From positions 1,674,001 through 1,738,000 of the forward strand of contig CATNEN010000005.1 in NCBI GenBank assembly GCA_950097015.1: a stretch of 64,000 nt of DNA. Reading direction: 5' to 3'. Both the position numbers and the translations under genes were made by a program. Each line of letters starts with the position of its first letter. Position 1 is the stretch's first letter. Positions 1 to 10,964 of this stretch are shown here, piece after piece. Source of the DNA: Macrostomum hystrix. Its lineage: Eukaryota; Animalia; Platyhelminthes. The notes under the pieces are model-generated. The model searched no databases and had not been told where the DNA came from. It worked only from the letters and a program-made list of their open reading frames with translations.

Positions 1-528
1 TCGAAGTCCAAATCCAAATCGGAAGCCAAGCCTAAATCTCCTAGGCCAACTAAGGTTGAGCTTGTCACCCAGAAAAGCACTGAAGCTATTGTCATCGGCA
101 GTATCGAAAAAGAAGATGTTCCTTTCCTTCTTGATACTGGAGCCCAGAATAATTTCCTAAGTAAATCTGTCTGGTCCAAAATCTTTAAACCCGAACAGAT
201 TGAAATGACCGCAAAACGAGTGACCACCTTTGATGGCACATCCGTCCAACTAGAAGGAGAAGTGGTAGCCCCAGTAAAATTCGGAGACCTAGAGATAGAG
301 ACAGAGTTCCTATTGTGTGGTCATGACTGTGACAATATCTTAGGCATGGAATTCTTTGTCGAGCATTGTGAAAGCATCCATTTATCTAAAGGCATGCTCA
401 TTCTGAAGAAAGGCCCATGTATCCCAATGCAGTATACTCGACTCCCCATTAGAATCTGCAGAGTTTACACCCAGCGGCCTGTCACAATCCCCGCTAATTC
501 CGCTCTGAGAATCCAGCTTGAGTCCTAA
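1..528 (+). mobile_element. Ty3/Gypsy-like LTR retrotransposon remnant: end of gag plus aspartic protease, terminated by a stop
   Basis: Frame 1 is open from base 1 and reads ...EDVPFLLDTGAQNNFLS...CDNILGMEFF. The retropepsin DTG motif is at 133-141 and ILGMEF matches the second conserved box. TAA at 526-528; no RT follows. Confidence 0.8.
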
Positions 529-1084
529 ACAGAAAACGTCGTCGATCCCTAATCAGAAAACGTCGATCCCTACCCTGTAAAAAATTCGGCTGCTTCTTCG
601 GCGGTTTTTTTGTGCGAAATAGGAGTGGAATCTACCAAAATCCCCCTATCTCGCAAGAGTTAAAAAAACCACACAGGAAGCTGCCGATATAACCGCAAAT
701 TGTGCGGAAACCGCCGAAGAATCACCCGAACCAGTGGCCCATGGGACAACCAGAGAATTAGTGTGCTACGCACATAATAGTGCAATAAAAGAAACTTCTG
801 AATTTTTTTGTTACAATTGGCATGGCAAACTATGCTTAGTAAATGCTGTTACCTCACAGACTGCCAGGGAGTTAAGCAACCGCAGCGTTTCAAATGAAAC
901 TCCAAGTCTATTGTTTTTCGTCTTATTGTCGGACATTAGTAGCTACAGTTGACTTGAAGTTCCAGGCCGACTGAAAAAAGTTTAATATTTATACAAATTG
1001 GAATATTTTATTTACCGCAAGATATTACTAAATAACCTAGTTAGAGCCGAACTACGATTCCTGCCATGATTAAATGATTATGTC

Positions 1085-1265
1085 CATATTTTGTCTATGA
1101 TTGTCTATGGCTTTAGCTACGATTCCATGAGTGTCTATGACTTTAGCTACGATTCCATGAGTGTCTATGGCTTTAGCTACGATTCCATGAGTGTCTATGG
1201 CTTTAGCTACGATTCCATGAGTGTCTATGGCTTTAGCTACGATTCCATAGGAGTCCATGGCTTTA
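1085..1265. repeat. 30-bp minisatellite, left part
   Basis: Unit CTTTAGCTACGATTCCATGAGTGTCTATGG repeats with 30-bp period. Confidence 0.95.
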
Positions 1266-3452
1266 ATAGGAGTCCATGGCTCATCTGTGACCTCGAGCTA
1301 CGCGATCCGCTCTACCGTCCGCCAAAGCGGCCACCGCGGCGCTACTACCGCGCTCTCAAAGACGCCGGAACGCACTGCCACTTCGCTAGCGCCTTCATCA
1401 CTGCGCTCGGCGGCAAGCGTGGAGGTGCCGAGTACGCGGATGTGAGCGCCGCAGTACGAGCCGCCGCGGAACAAGCGGTCCCGTTGATGCAACCGGCCCA
1501 GCGTGGGCAGCCGGTCTGGCAAGACGACCCCGCGATTCAGCAAGCGAGGGAAGATCTGGAAGAGCTCCGTCTGAGCAGGCGACCTACTCGCGAGGCGGAG
1601 GAGGCTCTGGCGTCTGTCTATCTGCAGCGGCAGCAAGCCGCAGTTGATGAAGTTGTCAGGGCCGTCTCTGCCGCTGGGCCCGACGCCAGAGGGCGCGTGG
1701 CCTGGTCCGCCATTAATGCTCTGACAGGGCGGAAGCGGCGCATCCAACTGAATCTGGCAGGCGACACTGCAGATGAGCGCAGAAACGAGCTACGCGAGTT
1801 CTTCGCCGCCATAGTCAACGCGCCGCCACCCCCGCTGCCCAACATCCTGACGCTGCCGCCAGAGACGCCGTTGCCGTCAGAGGACAGTTTTAACGTTGCA
1901 CCAGTCACCATGGCTGAAGTCTTAATGCTCGCCCAGAAGACGCCGGGCGGCAAGGCGCTGGGTCCGGACGAGGTGCCCATCGAGGCGCTGCGCATCCACT
2001 GTATGGCCAGTGAGGTCGCCCGTGTGATGAACCGCGTGCTCTCCGGTGAGGTGGCACCCACTGAGTGGACCATGGCGCACATCATCGCCATTCCAAAGAA
2101 GCCGGGCACTACGCGGCTAGACGAGCACCGAGGCATCTGCCTGCAATCCTGTGCTGCGAAGTTGTTCAACCGGATGCTGCTATCGCGGTTGCAACCCGTG
2201 CTGGATCCCTACCTGCGACCTGAGCAGAACGGGTTTCGGCCCCCACCGTGGCACAGTGACGCAGATCCTAGCTCTTCGCCGAATCATCGAGGAGGCGCGC
2301 ACGCGCCAGTTGGACCTGATCGTTGTCTTCATTGACTTCATGAAGGCTTTCGACTCGGTTGCGAGGGCTGCGCTCCCACATGTGCTCCGCGCGTACCATG
2401 TGCCAGAACAGCTGATCTCCGCCATCATGGCGTTGTACTGTGCTACGAGAGCAGCTGTGATGACGCCGGACGGCCTGTCGGACCCCTTCGAGACATCCTC
2501 CGGGGTGCTCCAGGGGGACACTCTAGCGCCGTTCCTGTTCGTCCTGGTGCTTGACTGGGTGCTACGAACTGCTCTTCCTACCGACGAAGACGGCTTCCTA
2601 CTGCGGCGACGCGTGGGTCGACGTCAACCGGAGAAGCGGCTCAGCGTGCTTGGCTACGCCGATGACCTCGCCCTGCTGTCCTCGACCGTAGAGGACGCCC
2701 AGCGCCAGCTGGATAAGCTGGTTAGCGCTGCAGCGAGCGTCGGCCTGTTGGTCAACACGAAGAAGACCGTTGTGCTCTGCGTGCCGGGCGACATCGAGGC
2801 CGCAATTTTCTGCCGAAGCGCTGACGGGCAGGTAACGGAGCTTCCGCGCTGTCAACAGTTCGTCTACCTCGGCGGTCTGGTACCTGACGTCCGCGAAGAT
2901 CTGAGGCGTCGCCGCCGGTACGCTTGGGCTGCCTTTCGTTCTGTTAGGGCGGTCCTGCAGTCCGAGGCCCTACCTGATCGCCAGAGGGCGGCGCTGTTCC
3001 AGGCGGTGGTCGAGACCGTCCTGTTGTACAACGCCGAGACGTGGACGCTGACTGATTCGCTAGAACAGCAAGTCAACGCGGCGCACGCTGGCCTGCTGCG
3101 TGCCGCCTTTAAGATCAGCGACGAGCGGATCACTAACGCGGCACTCTATCGTCGCGCCGGCCTGGCCCGTCCGAGTGAACTGCTGCGACTTCGGCGACTC
3201 CAGCTTGCAGGCCACATCATCCGCGCCGAGTCCTACTGCCCGCAGCCGGTGCAGGAGGTGCTGCTGCTAACGCTGCAGGCACCCTACCGGCGCGGCCAGG
3301 CCCGAACTCGGCGTTTCGTCGACTGCCTGCTGGCCGATGCTGGCGCCCCGGACACTGCCGGCGGTGCGGCCTTTGTTCGCGCCCAGGCTCTGAAGCGTGC
3401 ACTGTGACGCTGCCTTTTCCACCTGACAGCGTACTTTGTTGTTGTTGTTGTT
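1266..3452 (+). mobile_element. 5'-truncated non-LTR retrotransposon (RTE-like clade), RT ORF with one frameshift
   Basis: RT motifs KALGPDEV, IPKK, HRGICL, QNGFRP, FIDFMKAFDSV, GVLQGDTLAPFLF, YADDL. An extra C in the C-run at 2240-2244 joins ORFs 1091..2335 and 2151..3407. Stop at 3407, short 3'UTR, (GTT)n tail to 3452. ATGGCTTTA at 1257-1265 and 3453-3461 is a candidate TSD. Confidence 0.9.
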
Positions 3453-3737
3453 ATGGCTTTAGCTACGATTCCATGATTGTCTATGGCTTTAGCTACGATT
3501 CCATGATTGTCTATGGCTTTAGCTACGATTCCATGATTGTCTATGGCTTTAGCTACGATTCCATGATTGTCTATGCCTTTAGCTACGATTCCATGATTGT
3601 CTACGGCTTTAGCTACGATTCCATGATTGTCTATGCCTCTACCTACGATTCCATGATTGTCTACGGCGTTAGCTACGATTCCATGATTGTCTATGGCTTT
3701 AGCTACGACTCCATCATTGCCTATCATGGCTTTAGCT
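3453..3737. repeat. 30-bp minisatellite, middle part (degenerate continuation at 4311-4490)
   Basis: Unit CTATGGCTTTAGCTACGATTCCATGATTGT, same family as 1085-1265; decayed copies resume after the MITE. Confidence 0.95.
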
Positions 3738-4310
3738 CAAGGACAACTTAATAACTTGTTTGAACGAGGCAAGACTGCGGGAATCCGTCGAAAACTGATG
3801 GTGGATGTAGCGGCCTTTCATTTCTTCCCTTTTTTATCATTGGTGCATCTTGAGGCCAGTGCTTAGCACACACGCCCATGTGGTCTGTCACGGTATAAAC
3901 AACAACAAAATTGTTAATGAATTCATGTGGCCAGGCTAAATCTGATTAGCAAAGCACATTTAAAGAAAGTCTTACCGTCAGTTGATTAGGCAGAGACAGT
4001 CGCCAAGCCTCTCGTTCAGTTGCATGTTTAGGAAACGAAAATACTGTAACATTCCGATCACGGTTACTATTGTAGTTTGAACAACAGAAAATGACGCTGC
4101 ATTTTCTCGGCATGATATTTCGTTTCAGCTAGCAAGAATAAAAGTTCTCTGTCTCAATTGCAAGTGCATGCGAATAACTCAATTTTCAGCTCAGATTTCT
4201 TCGCTTTCGTAGCTTTGGATGGGCCATAGAACAATGCTTTTAAACGAGCCTCATACTTTTTTCGCCATGAATTGGCTCGTTTCCGGTCCTGAGTTATTAA
4301 GTTGTCCTTG
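3738..4310. mobile_element. 573-bp MITE, P-element-superfamily-like
   Basis: Perfect 19-bp TIR CAAGGACAACTTAATAACT (3738-3756; reverse complement at 4292-4310). 8-bp TSD CTTTAGCT (3730-3737, 4311-4318). CANRG termini with 7-8 bp TSD are typical of the P superfamily. Confidence 0.85.
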
Positions 4311-4796
4311 CTTTAGCTACAAAATTTTAGCTATAATTTTGCTGTTGTCTATGGCTTTAGCTAGGATTCTATCAGCGATCCCGTAGTTCTGTCTAGGGCT
4401 TTAAGTAGGATTCCATGATTTCCCATGGCTTTAGTTACAATTCTTTCTAGCTACAACAGTAGGATTCTTTCTACGGCCTAAACTAGGATTCAAGTTTTGT
4501 GACGCAAACTATACATGCACTATTCATTTTAATGATGCTTACATTCTATAGCGCGATATAACCAAAAGAAGATTAGTGAAACAACTTTTCAGCATATCAA
4601 TGTCCTATCATTACATATGGTTTATGACGAAAATATATATTTACCTATTTATCGTTAGGTCGCTCGACATATTAATGTCAAGTCTTTTACTTAAATAACA
4701 AACGACAAAAATAAGAAAAATAGAACCACTTTTATAACTAGTAATAAACCGATTTGTTTAAACATATATAAATGATTATATATGTTTATATATGCC

Positions 4797-5207
4797 ACCC
4801 AACTCCCCACCTAGCCAACACCCCACCTAGCCAACTCCCCACCTAGCCACCCAACTGCCCACCTAGCCAGCCAACTCCCCACCTAGCCAACACCCCACCT
4901 AGCCAACACCCTACCTAGCCAACACCCCACCTAGCCAACACCCTACCTAGCCAACACCCCACCTAGCCAACTCCCCACCTAGCCACCCAACTGCCCACCT
5001 AGCCAGCCAACTCCCCACCTAGCCAACACCCTACCTAGCCAACACCCCACCTAGCCAACACCCTACCTAGCCAACACCCTACCTAGCCAACACCCCACCT
5101 AGCCAACTCCCCACCTAGCCACCCAACTGCCCACCTAGCCACCCAACTCCCCACCTAGCCACCCAACTGCCCACCTAGCCACCCAACTCCCCACCTAGCC
5201 ACCTAGC
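4797..5207. repeat. 16/20-bp C-rich satellite (CCAACTCCCCACCTAG family)
   Basis: Tandem units CCAAC(T/A)CCCCACCTAG and CCACCCAACTGCCCACCTAG. Confidence 0.95.
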
Positions 5208-5647
5208 CCTCATCTCATTCTCCAGTCTAAAGTTCTTATTGGATCATTGAGAGCCACACTTGAGAACATTGAAGAGCGGTTTTTAGGCGAACAAATTAAA
5301 GATGATTAATTATTAACGCACTCTTTTAAACAAATACAACCACTTAGGTGGAGAAATACAATTATGGAAGAACATTTAAAACAGAAATAATTCAGCAAGA
5401 CAGGCTAATATCGATTTAATAGGCTGATAACTCATGCTTCTATGGCTACAGGGGTGAAATTTTGACACTATGGTGTGGTGCTGGATCGGCACGATGACGA
5501 TCGGGGGCTTTTTCACCTTGGAAACTGTCGACTCAATACCACCAATACGACTCAATACTCAATTAGAAGTCCCCACGCTGACTCTGGTGCTTGTACAATT
5601 GTCAATTGTTAGTACAGGGATATAATAGCATTATTATTACATTATTA

Positions 5648-8600
5648 TTAAGCAGTAGTTGCTTGTGGAAGCGCCGCAGAGGAAGAGGTAGCAACGGCAG
5701 CAGCTGCTGCTGACGATGCTGTTGAATTAGACGGAGTGGAATTCTCGTCAAGCAAAACTTCACTGAGCGGTCGTTGGCGCCTTCCAGTTGAAATGCGGTC
5801 AGTTGCGGTAATGACAGATCGCTGCTGCTGCTGCTGTTGCTGGGCGGTGAAAGACATTTTAGACATTGCACTGACAGTGGTTGGACTGCTTGCACAGCTA
5901 GCCACTATTGAAGCAGCGGAGGCGGCCGTCAGACAGAATCTTTTCTGACGCTTCGCTTCTGAGCAGGATGAGTCTGAGTCCTCTGCTGTTGATGCCGAAG
6001 ACTCAGATTGCTGCTTTTGCTGCTGAAGTTGGCGTTCGAATTCCAAAAGTTGTCCAAGAAAATTGAAATTCAGACTAATACTAGGCCGGCGAGCCTTAAC
6101 GTAGCTAAAAACAGAAGAAGTCACTTTGTTAGGTTGTGCATAATTAGCCTTTCTAAAAATGCATATCGCTTATAAAAATAAAATTCCGCTCACCGATAAG
6201 CTTGATCTTCAGTCATATTGAGATGCTGCATAATGTATGCAATCACCATGGTTGGAGAGCGAGACACGCCAGCAAGGCAGTGTACAAGGCAGCGACCGTT
6301 GCTACGCCAGACATTGTCTAAAATTCAAGAGAAAAAAGATATATTTGTATATTTTTCGATACATATCGGCTTAATACAAACTTTTAAACTTACTGTCGAT
6401 AAAACTTTTTTCGATACATATAGGCAAAAAATGTACAACTTTTAAGTGCCAATAGCCGAGAAAAAAGTTTTTTAGGTAAAACAAACACATACCCAGAAAC
6501 TGGAAAGCCAGTTTGAAATGCGGCAACAATTTGTCGGAGTAGCCGTCGTTAACTGGAACCCGCATGAAATTAGCCTCGTCGACGTGCTCCGACTGCGGAC
6601 AATTGGCGCTCACATTCAATATGTGGGTAATGCCGTGACGCCGGATCACATCTGAGTCGCAGGCGTCAGTTTGAGAGCCGACGTAGACAAAACTTAATAG
6701 TTTAGACATTGCACTGACAGTGGTTGGACTGCTTGCACAGCTAGCCACTATTGAAGCAGCGGAGGCGGCCGTCAGACAGAATCTTTTCTGACGCTTCGCT
6801 TCTGAGCAGGATGAGTCTGAGTCCTCTGCTGTTGATGCCGAAGACTCAGATTGCTGCTTTTGCTGCTGAAGTTGGCGTTCGAATTCCAAAAGTTGTCCAA
6901 GAAAATTGAAATTCGGACTAATACTAGGCCGGCGAGCCTTAACGTAGCTAAAAACAGAAGAAGTCACTTTGTTAGGTTGTGCATAATTAGCCTTTCTAAA
7001 AATGCATATCGCTTATAAAAATAAAATTCCGCTCACCGATAAGCTTGATCTTCAGTCATATTGAGATGCTGCATAATGTATGCAATCACCATGGTTGGAG
7101 AGCGAGACACGCCAGCAAGGCAGTGTACAAGGCAGCGACCGTTGCTACGCCAGACATTGTCTAAAATTCAAGAGAAAAAAGATATATTTGTATATTTTTC
7201 GATACATATCGGCTTAATACAAACTTTTAAACTTACTGTCGATAAAACTTTTTTCGATACATATAGGCAAAAAATGTACAACTTTTAAGTGCCAATAGCC
7301 GAGAAAAAAGTTTTTTAGGTAAAACAAACACATACCCAGAAACTGGAAAGCCAGTTTGAAATGCGGCAACAATTTGTCGGAGTAGCCGTCGTTAACTGGA
7401 ACCCGCATGAAATTAGCCTCGTCGACGTGCTTCGACTGCGGACAATTGGCGCTCACATTCAATATGTGGGTAATGCCGTGACGCCGGATCACATCTGAGT
7501 CGCAGGCGTCAGTTTGAGAGCCGACGTAGACAAAACTTAATAGTTTAGACATTGCACTGACAGTGGTTGGACTGCTTGCACAGCTAGCCACTATTGAAGC
7601 AGCGGAGGCGGCCGTCAGACAGAATCTTTTCTGACGCTTCGCTTCTGAGCAGGATGAGTCTGAGTCCTCTGCTGTTGATGCCGAAGACTCAGATTGCTGC
7701 TTTTGCTGCTGAAGTTGGCGTTCGAATTCCAAAAGTTGTCCAAGAAAATTGAAATTCGGACTAATACTAGGCCGGCGAGCCTTAACGTAGCTAAAAACAG
7801 AAGAAGTCACTTTGTTAGGTTGTGCATAATTAGCCTTTCTAAAAATGCATATCGCTTATAAAAATAAAATTCCGCTCACCGATAAGCTTGATCTTGAGTC
7901 ATATTGAGATGCTGCATAATGTATGCAATCACCATGGTTGGAGAGCGAGACACGCCAGCAAGGCAGTGTACAAGGCAGCGACCGTTGCTACGCCAGACAT
8001 TGTCTAAAATTCAAGAGAATAAAGATATATTTGTATATTTTTCGATACATTATCGGCTTAATACAAACTTTTAAACGTACTGTCGATAAAACTTTTTTTC
8101 GATACATATAGGCAAAAAATGTACAACTTTTAAGTGCCAATAGCCGAGAAAAAAGTTTTTTAGGTAAAACAAACACATACCCAGAAACTGGAAAGCCAGT
8201 TTGAAATGCGGCAACAATTTGTCGGCGTAGCCGTCGTTAACTGGAACCCGCATGAAATTAGCCTCGTCGACGTGCTCCGACTGCGGACAATTGGCGCTCA
8301 CATTCAATATGTGGGTAATGCCGTGACGCCGGATCTGAGTCGCAGGCGTCAGTTTGAGAGCCGACGTAGACAAAACTTAATAGTTTAGACATTGCACTGA
8401 CAGTGGTTGGACTGCTTGCACAGCTAGCCACTATTGAAGCAGCGGAGGCGGCCGTCAGACAGAATCTTTTCTGACGCTTCGCTTCTGAGCAGGATGAGTC
8501 TGAGTCCTCTGCTGTTGATGCCGAAGACTCAGATTGCTGCTTTTGCTGCTGAAGTTGGCGTTCGAATTCCAAAAGTTGTCCAAGAAAATTGAAATTCGGA

Positions 8601-10399
8601 CTAATACTAGGCCGGCGAGCCTTAACGTAGCTAAAAACAGAAGAAGTCACTTTGTTAGGTTGTGCATAATTAGCCTTTCTAAAAATGCATATCGCTTATA
8701 AAAATAAAATTCCGCTCACCGATAAGCTTGATCTTGAGTCATATTGAGATGCTGCATAATGTATGCAATCACCATGGTTGGAGAGCGAGACACGCCAGCA
8801 AGGCAGTGTACAAGGCAGCGACCGTTGCTACGCCAGACATTGTCTAAAATTCAAGAGAATAAAGATATATTTGTATATTTTTCGATACATTATCGGCTTA
8901 ATACAAACTTTTAAACGTACTGTCGATAAAACTTTTTTTCGATACATATAGGCAAAAAATGTACAACTTTTAAGTGCCAATAGCCGAGAAAAAAGTTTTT
9001 TAGGTAAAACAAACACATACCCAGAAACTGGAAAGCCAGTTTGAAATGCGGCAACAATTTGTCGGCGTAGCCGTCGTTAACTGGAACCCGCATGAAATTA
9101 GCCTCGTCGACGTGCTCCGACTGCGGACAATTGGCGCTCACATTCAATATGTGGGTAATGCCGTGACGCCGGATCACATCTGAGTCGCAGGCGTCAGTTT
9201 GAGAGCCGACGTAGACAAAACTTAATAGTTTAGACATTGCACTGACAGTGGTTGGACTGCTTGCACAGCTAGCCACTATTGAAGCAGCGGAGGCGGCCGT
9301 CAGACAGAATCTTTTCTGACGCTTCGCTTCTGAGCAGGATGAGTCTGAGTCCTCTGCTGTTGATGCCGAAGACTCAGATTGCTGCTTTTGCTGCTGAAGT
9401 TGGCGTTCGAATTCCAAAAGTTGTCCAAGAAAATTGAAATTCGGACTAATACTAGGCCGGCGAGCCTTAACGTAGCTAAAAACAGAAGAAGTCACTTTGT
9501 TAGGTTGTGCATAATTAGCCTTTCTAAAAATGCATATCGCTTATAAAAATAAAATTCCGCTCACCGATAAGCTTGATCTTGAGTCATATTGAGATGCTGC
9601 ATAATGTATGCAATCACCATGGTTGGAGAGCGAGACACGCCAGCAAGGCAGTGTACAAGGCAGCGACCGTTGCTACGCCAGACATTGTCTAAAATTCAAG
9701 AGAATAAAGATATATTTGTATATTTTTCGATACATTATCGGCTTAATACAAACTTTTAAACGTACTGTCGATAAAACTTTTTTTCGATACATATAGGCAA
9801 AAAATGTACAACTTTTAAGTGCCAATAGCCGAGAAAAAAGTTTTTTAGGTAAAACAAACACATACCCAGAAACTGGAAAGCCAGTTTGAAATGCGGCAAC
9901 AATTTGTCGGCGTAGCCGTCGTTAACTGGAACCCGCATGAAATTAGCCTCGTCGACGTGCTCCGACTGCGGACAATTGGCGCTCACATTCAATATGTGGG
10001 TAATGCCGTGACGCCGGATCACATCTGAGTCGCAGGCGTCAGTTTGAGAGCCGACGTAGACAAAACTTAATAGTTCAGTCGGTCCCTGATTCGTGGCGTA
10101 GTTTAGCTCGACTAGAAACTGTCGCTGCTGCTGCTGCTGACTACACGGGCCGACGCCATCGACACTATCAGCTCCGGCTAGGACAGCCGGGCATCTGGAC
10201 TCGCAGTACTGCGGATAGGCCGCGGCGAAGTTGGCGAAAGCTCCTGAAACGATGTTGCGGATCGACGGATTTGTAGCTGACTCGGCTAGGAGAGCCTCCT
10301 GAGCGCCGGTCACTACTGTGGCTGCTGCCACATTCGAAGATAGGCAACAGTTATGCTGACAAAATGTAAGCTTCGGTGGTCGCAATTTTCTGCGATTCT
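5648..10399 (-). CDS. MAP-kinase phosphatase (DUSP8/16-like) 3' portion with five tandem catalytic domains; upstream exons absent; frameshift in domain 3
   Basis: Acceptor at 10401-10400. Exon has the rhodanese C-terminal [19 protein letters not shown], then [13 protein letters not shown] and VPVNDG. 124-nt exons carrying [10 protein letters not shown] at 9688-9565, 8843-8720, 8003-7880, 7160-7037 and 6317-6194. Each is followed by a [10 protein letters not shown](P/L)NFNFLGQL exon. Final stop at 5648. Confidence 0.85.
5855..10075. repeat. Tandem intragenic duplication, 840-845 bp unit, 4 junctions / 5 copies
   Basis: Identical junction AATAGTT/TAGACATT at 9229-30, 8384-85, 7544-45 and 6701-02; spacings 845, 840, 843, 843. 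Confidence 0.95.
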
Positions 10400-10560
10400 C
10401 TGAAACAATGAAAAACTTTAATGTTCAAATGCAAGCAAGCAAGAGTTCGCTGTTGCCGTGCAGAATTGAATTGCTGAACCTTGCAGCATATATGTTTGCT
10501 GCAATGCCAAAGTACATCATTAGGTCAACGAAGAGGTGGCTACAGAAACAATGGGCAAAA

Positions 10561-10960
10561 TCAATTATGGCAACTTGGATTACGCCATCCTATATACTGG
10601 AATCCTTGCTGGAATCGAATGCGGCCAAAGAGGTATTGAAATTTAAATTTACCTATCAAATTAGGTAAATGACAAGAGATTAGACAGTGATCAGAATTTC
10701 CTATTGGTTTAAGAATATTACAATGGGCATCTGTGCCATTTGATTTCAGCCAAGATATATGGGCATTAGAGTGGCCATTAAAGTCTCCAATTAAATGGAT
10801 TGAGCTAGATGGATTAGTTAACCCAATAGGCAATAGCCTGAATTTACAAAGCCACAACTTTGTAACATTGACAAGATAAGAGTCATCAGCAGGAGGAGGT
10901 CTATAGACAAAACAAAAAATAGAGGGACAGGTTTTAAGTTAGAATTTATCAATACAAAAT
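10561..10960 (-). pseudogene. Degenerate non-LTR retrotransposon AP-endonuclease fragment
   Basis: YRPP, LIGDFNGH and GNSDHCLI motifs with indels. Related copies at 15289-15576, 48551-49010 and 50995-51300. Confidence 0.65.
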
Positions 10961-10964
10961 TTGC

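Noticed and set aside
1091-3407. Autonomous, full-length LINE
   Set aside because: The endonuclease domain is missing (5' truncation); the ORF-track N-terminus is just the minisatellite; there is a +1 frameshift at 2240-2244.
6371-6530. ORF-track C-termini [18 protein letters not shown]... of the DUSP ORFs (all copies)
   Set aside because: Read-through into an intron beginning GTATGT; the spliced path continues to the HCLAGVSRS exon.
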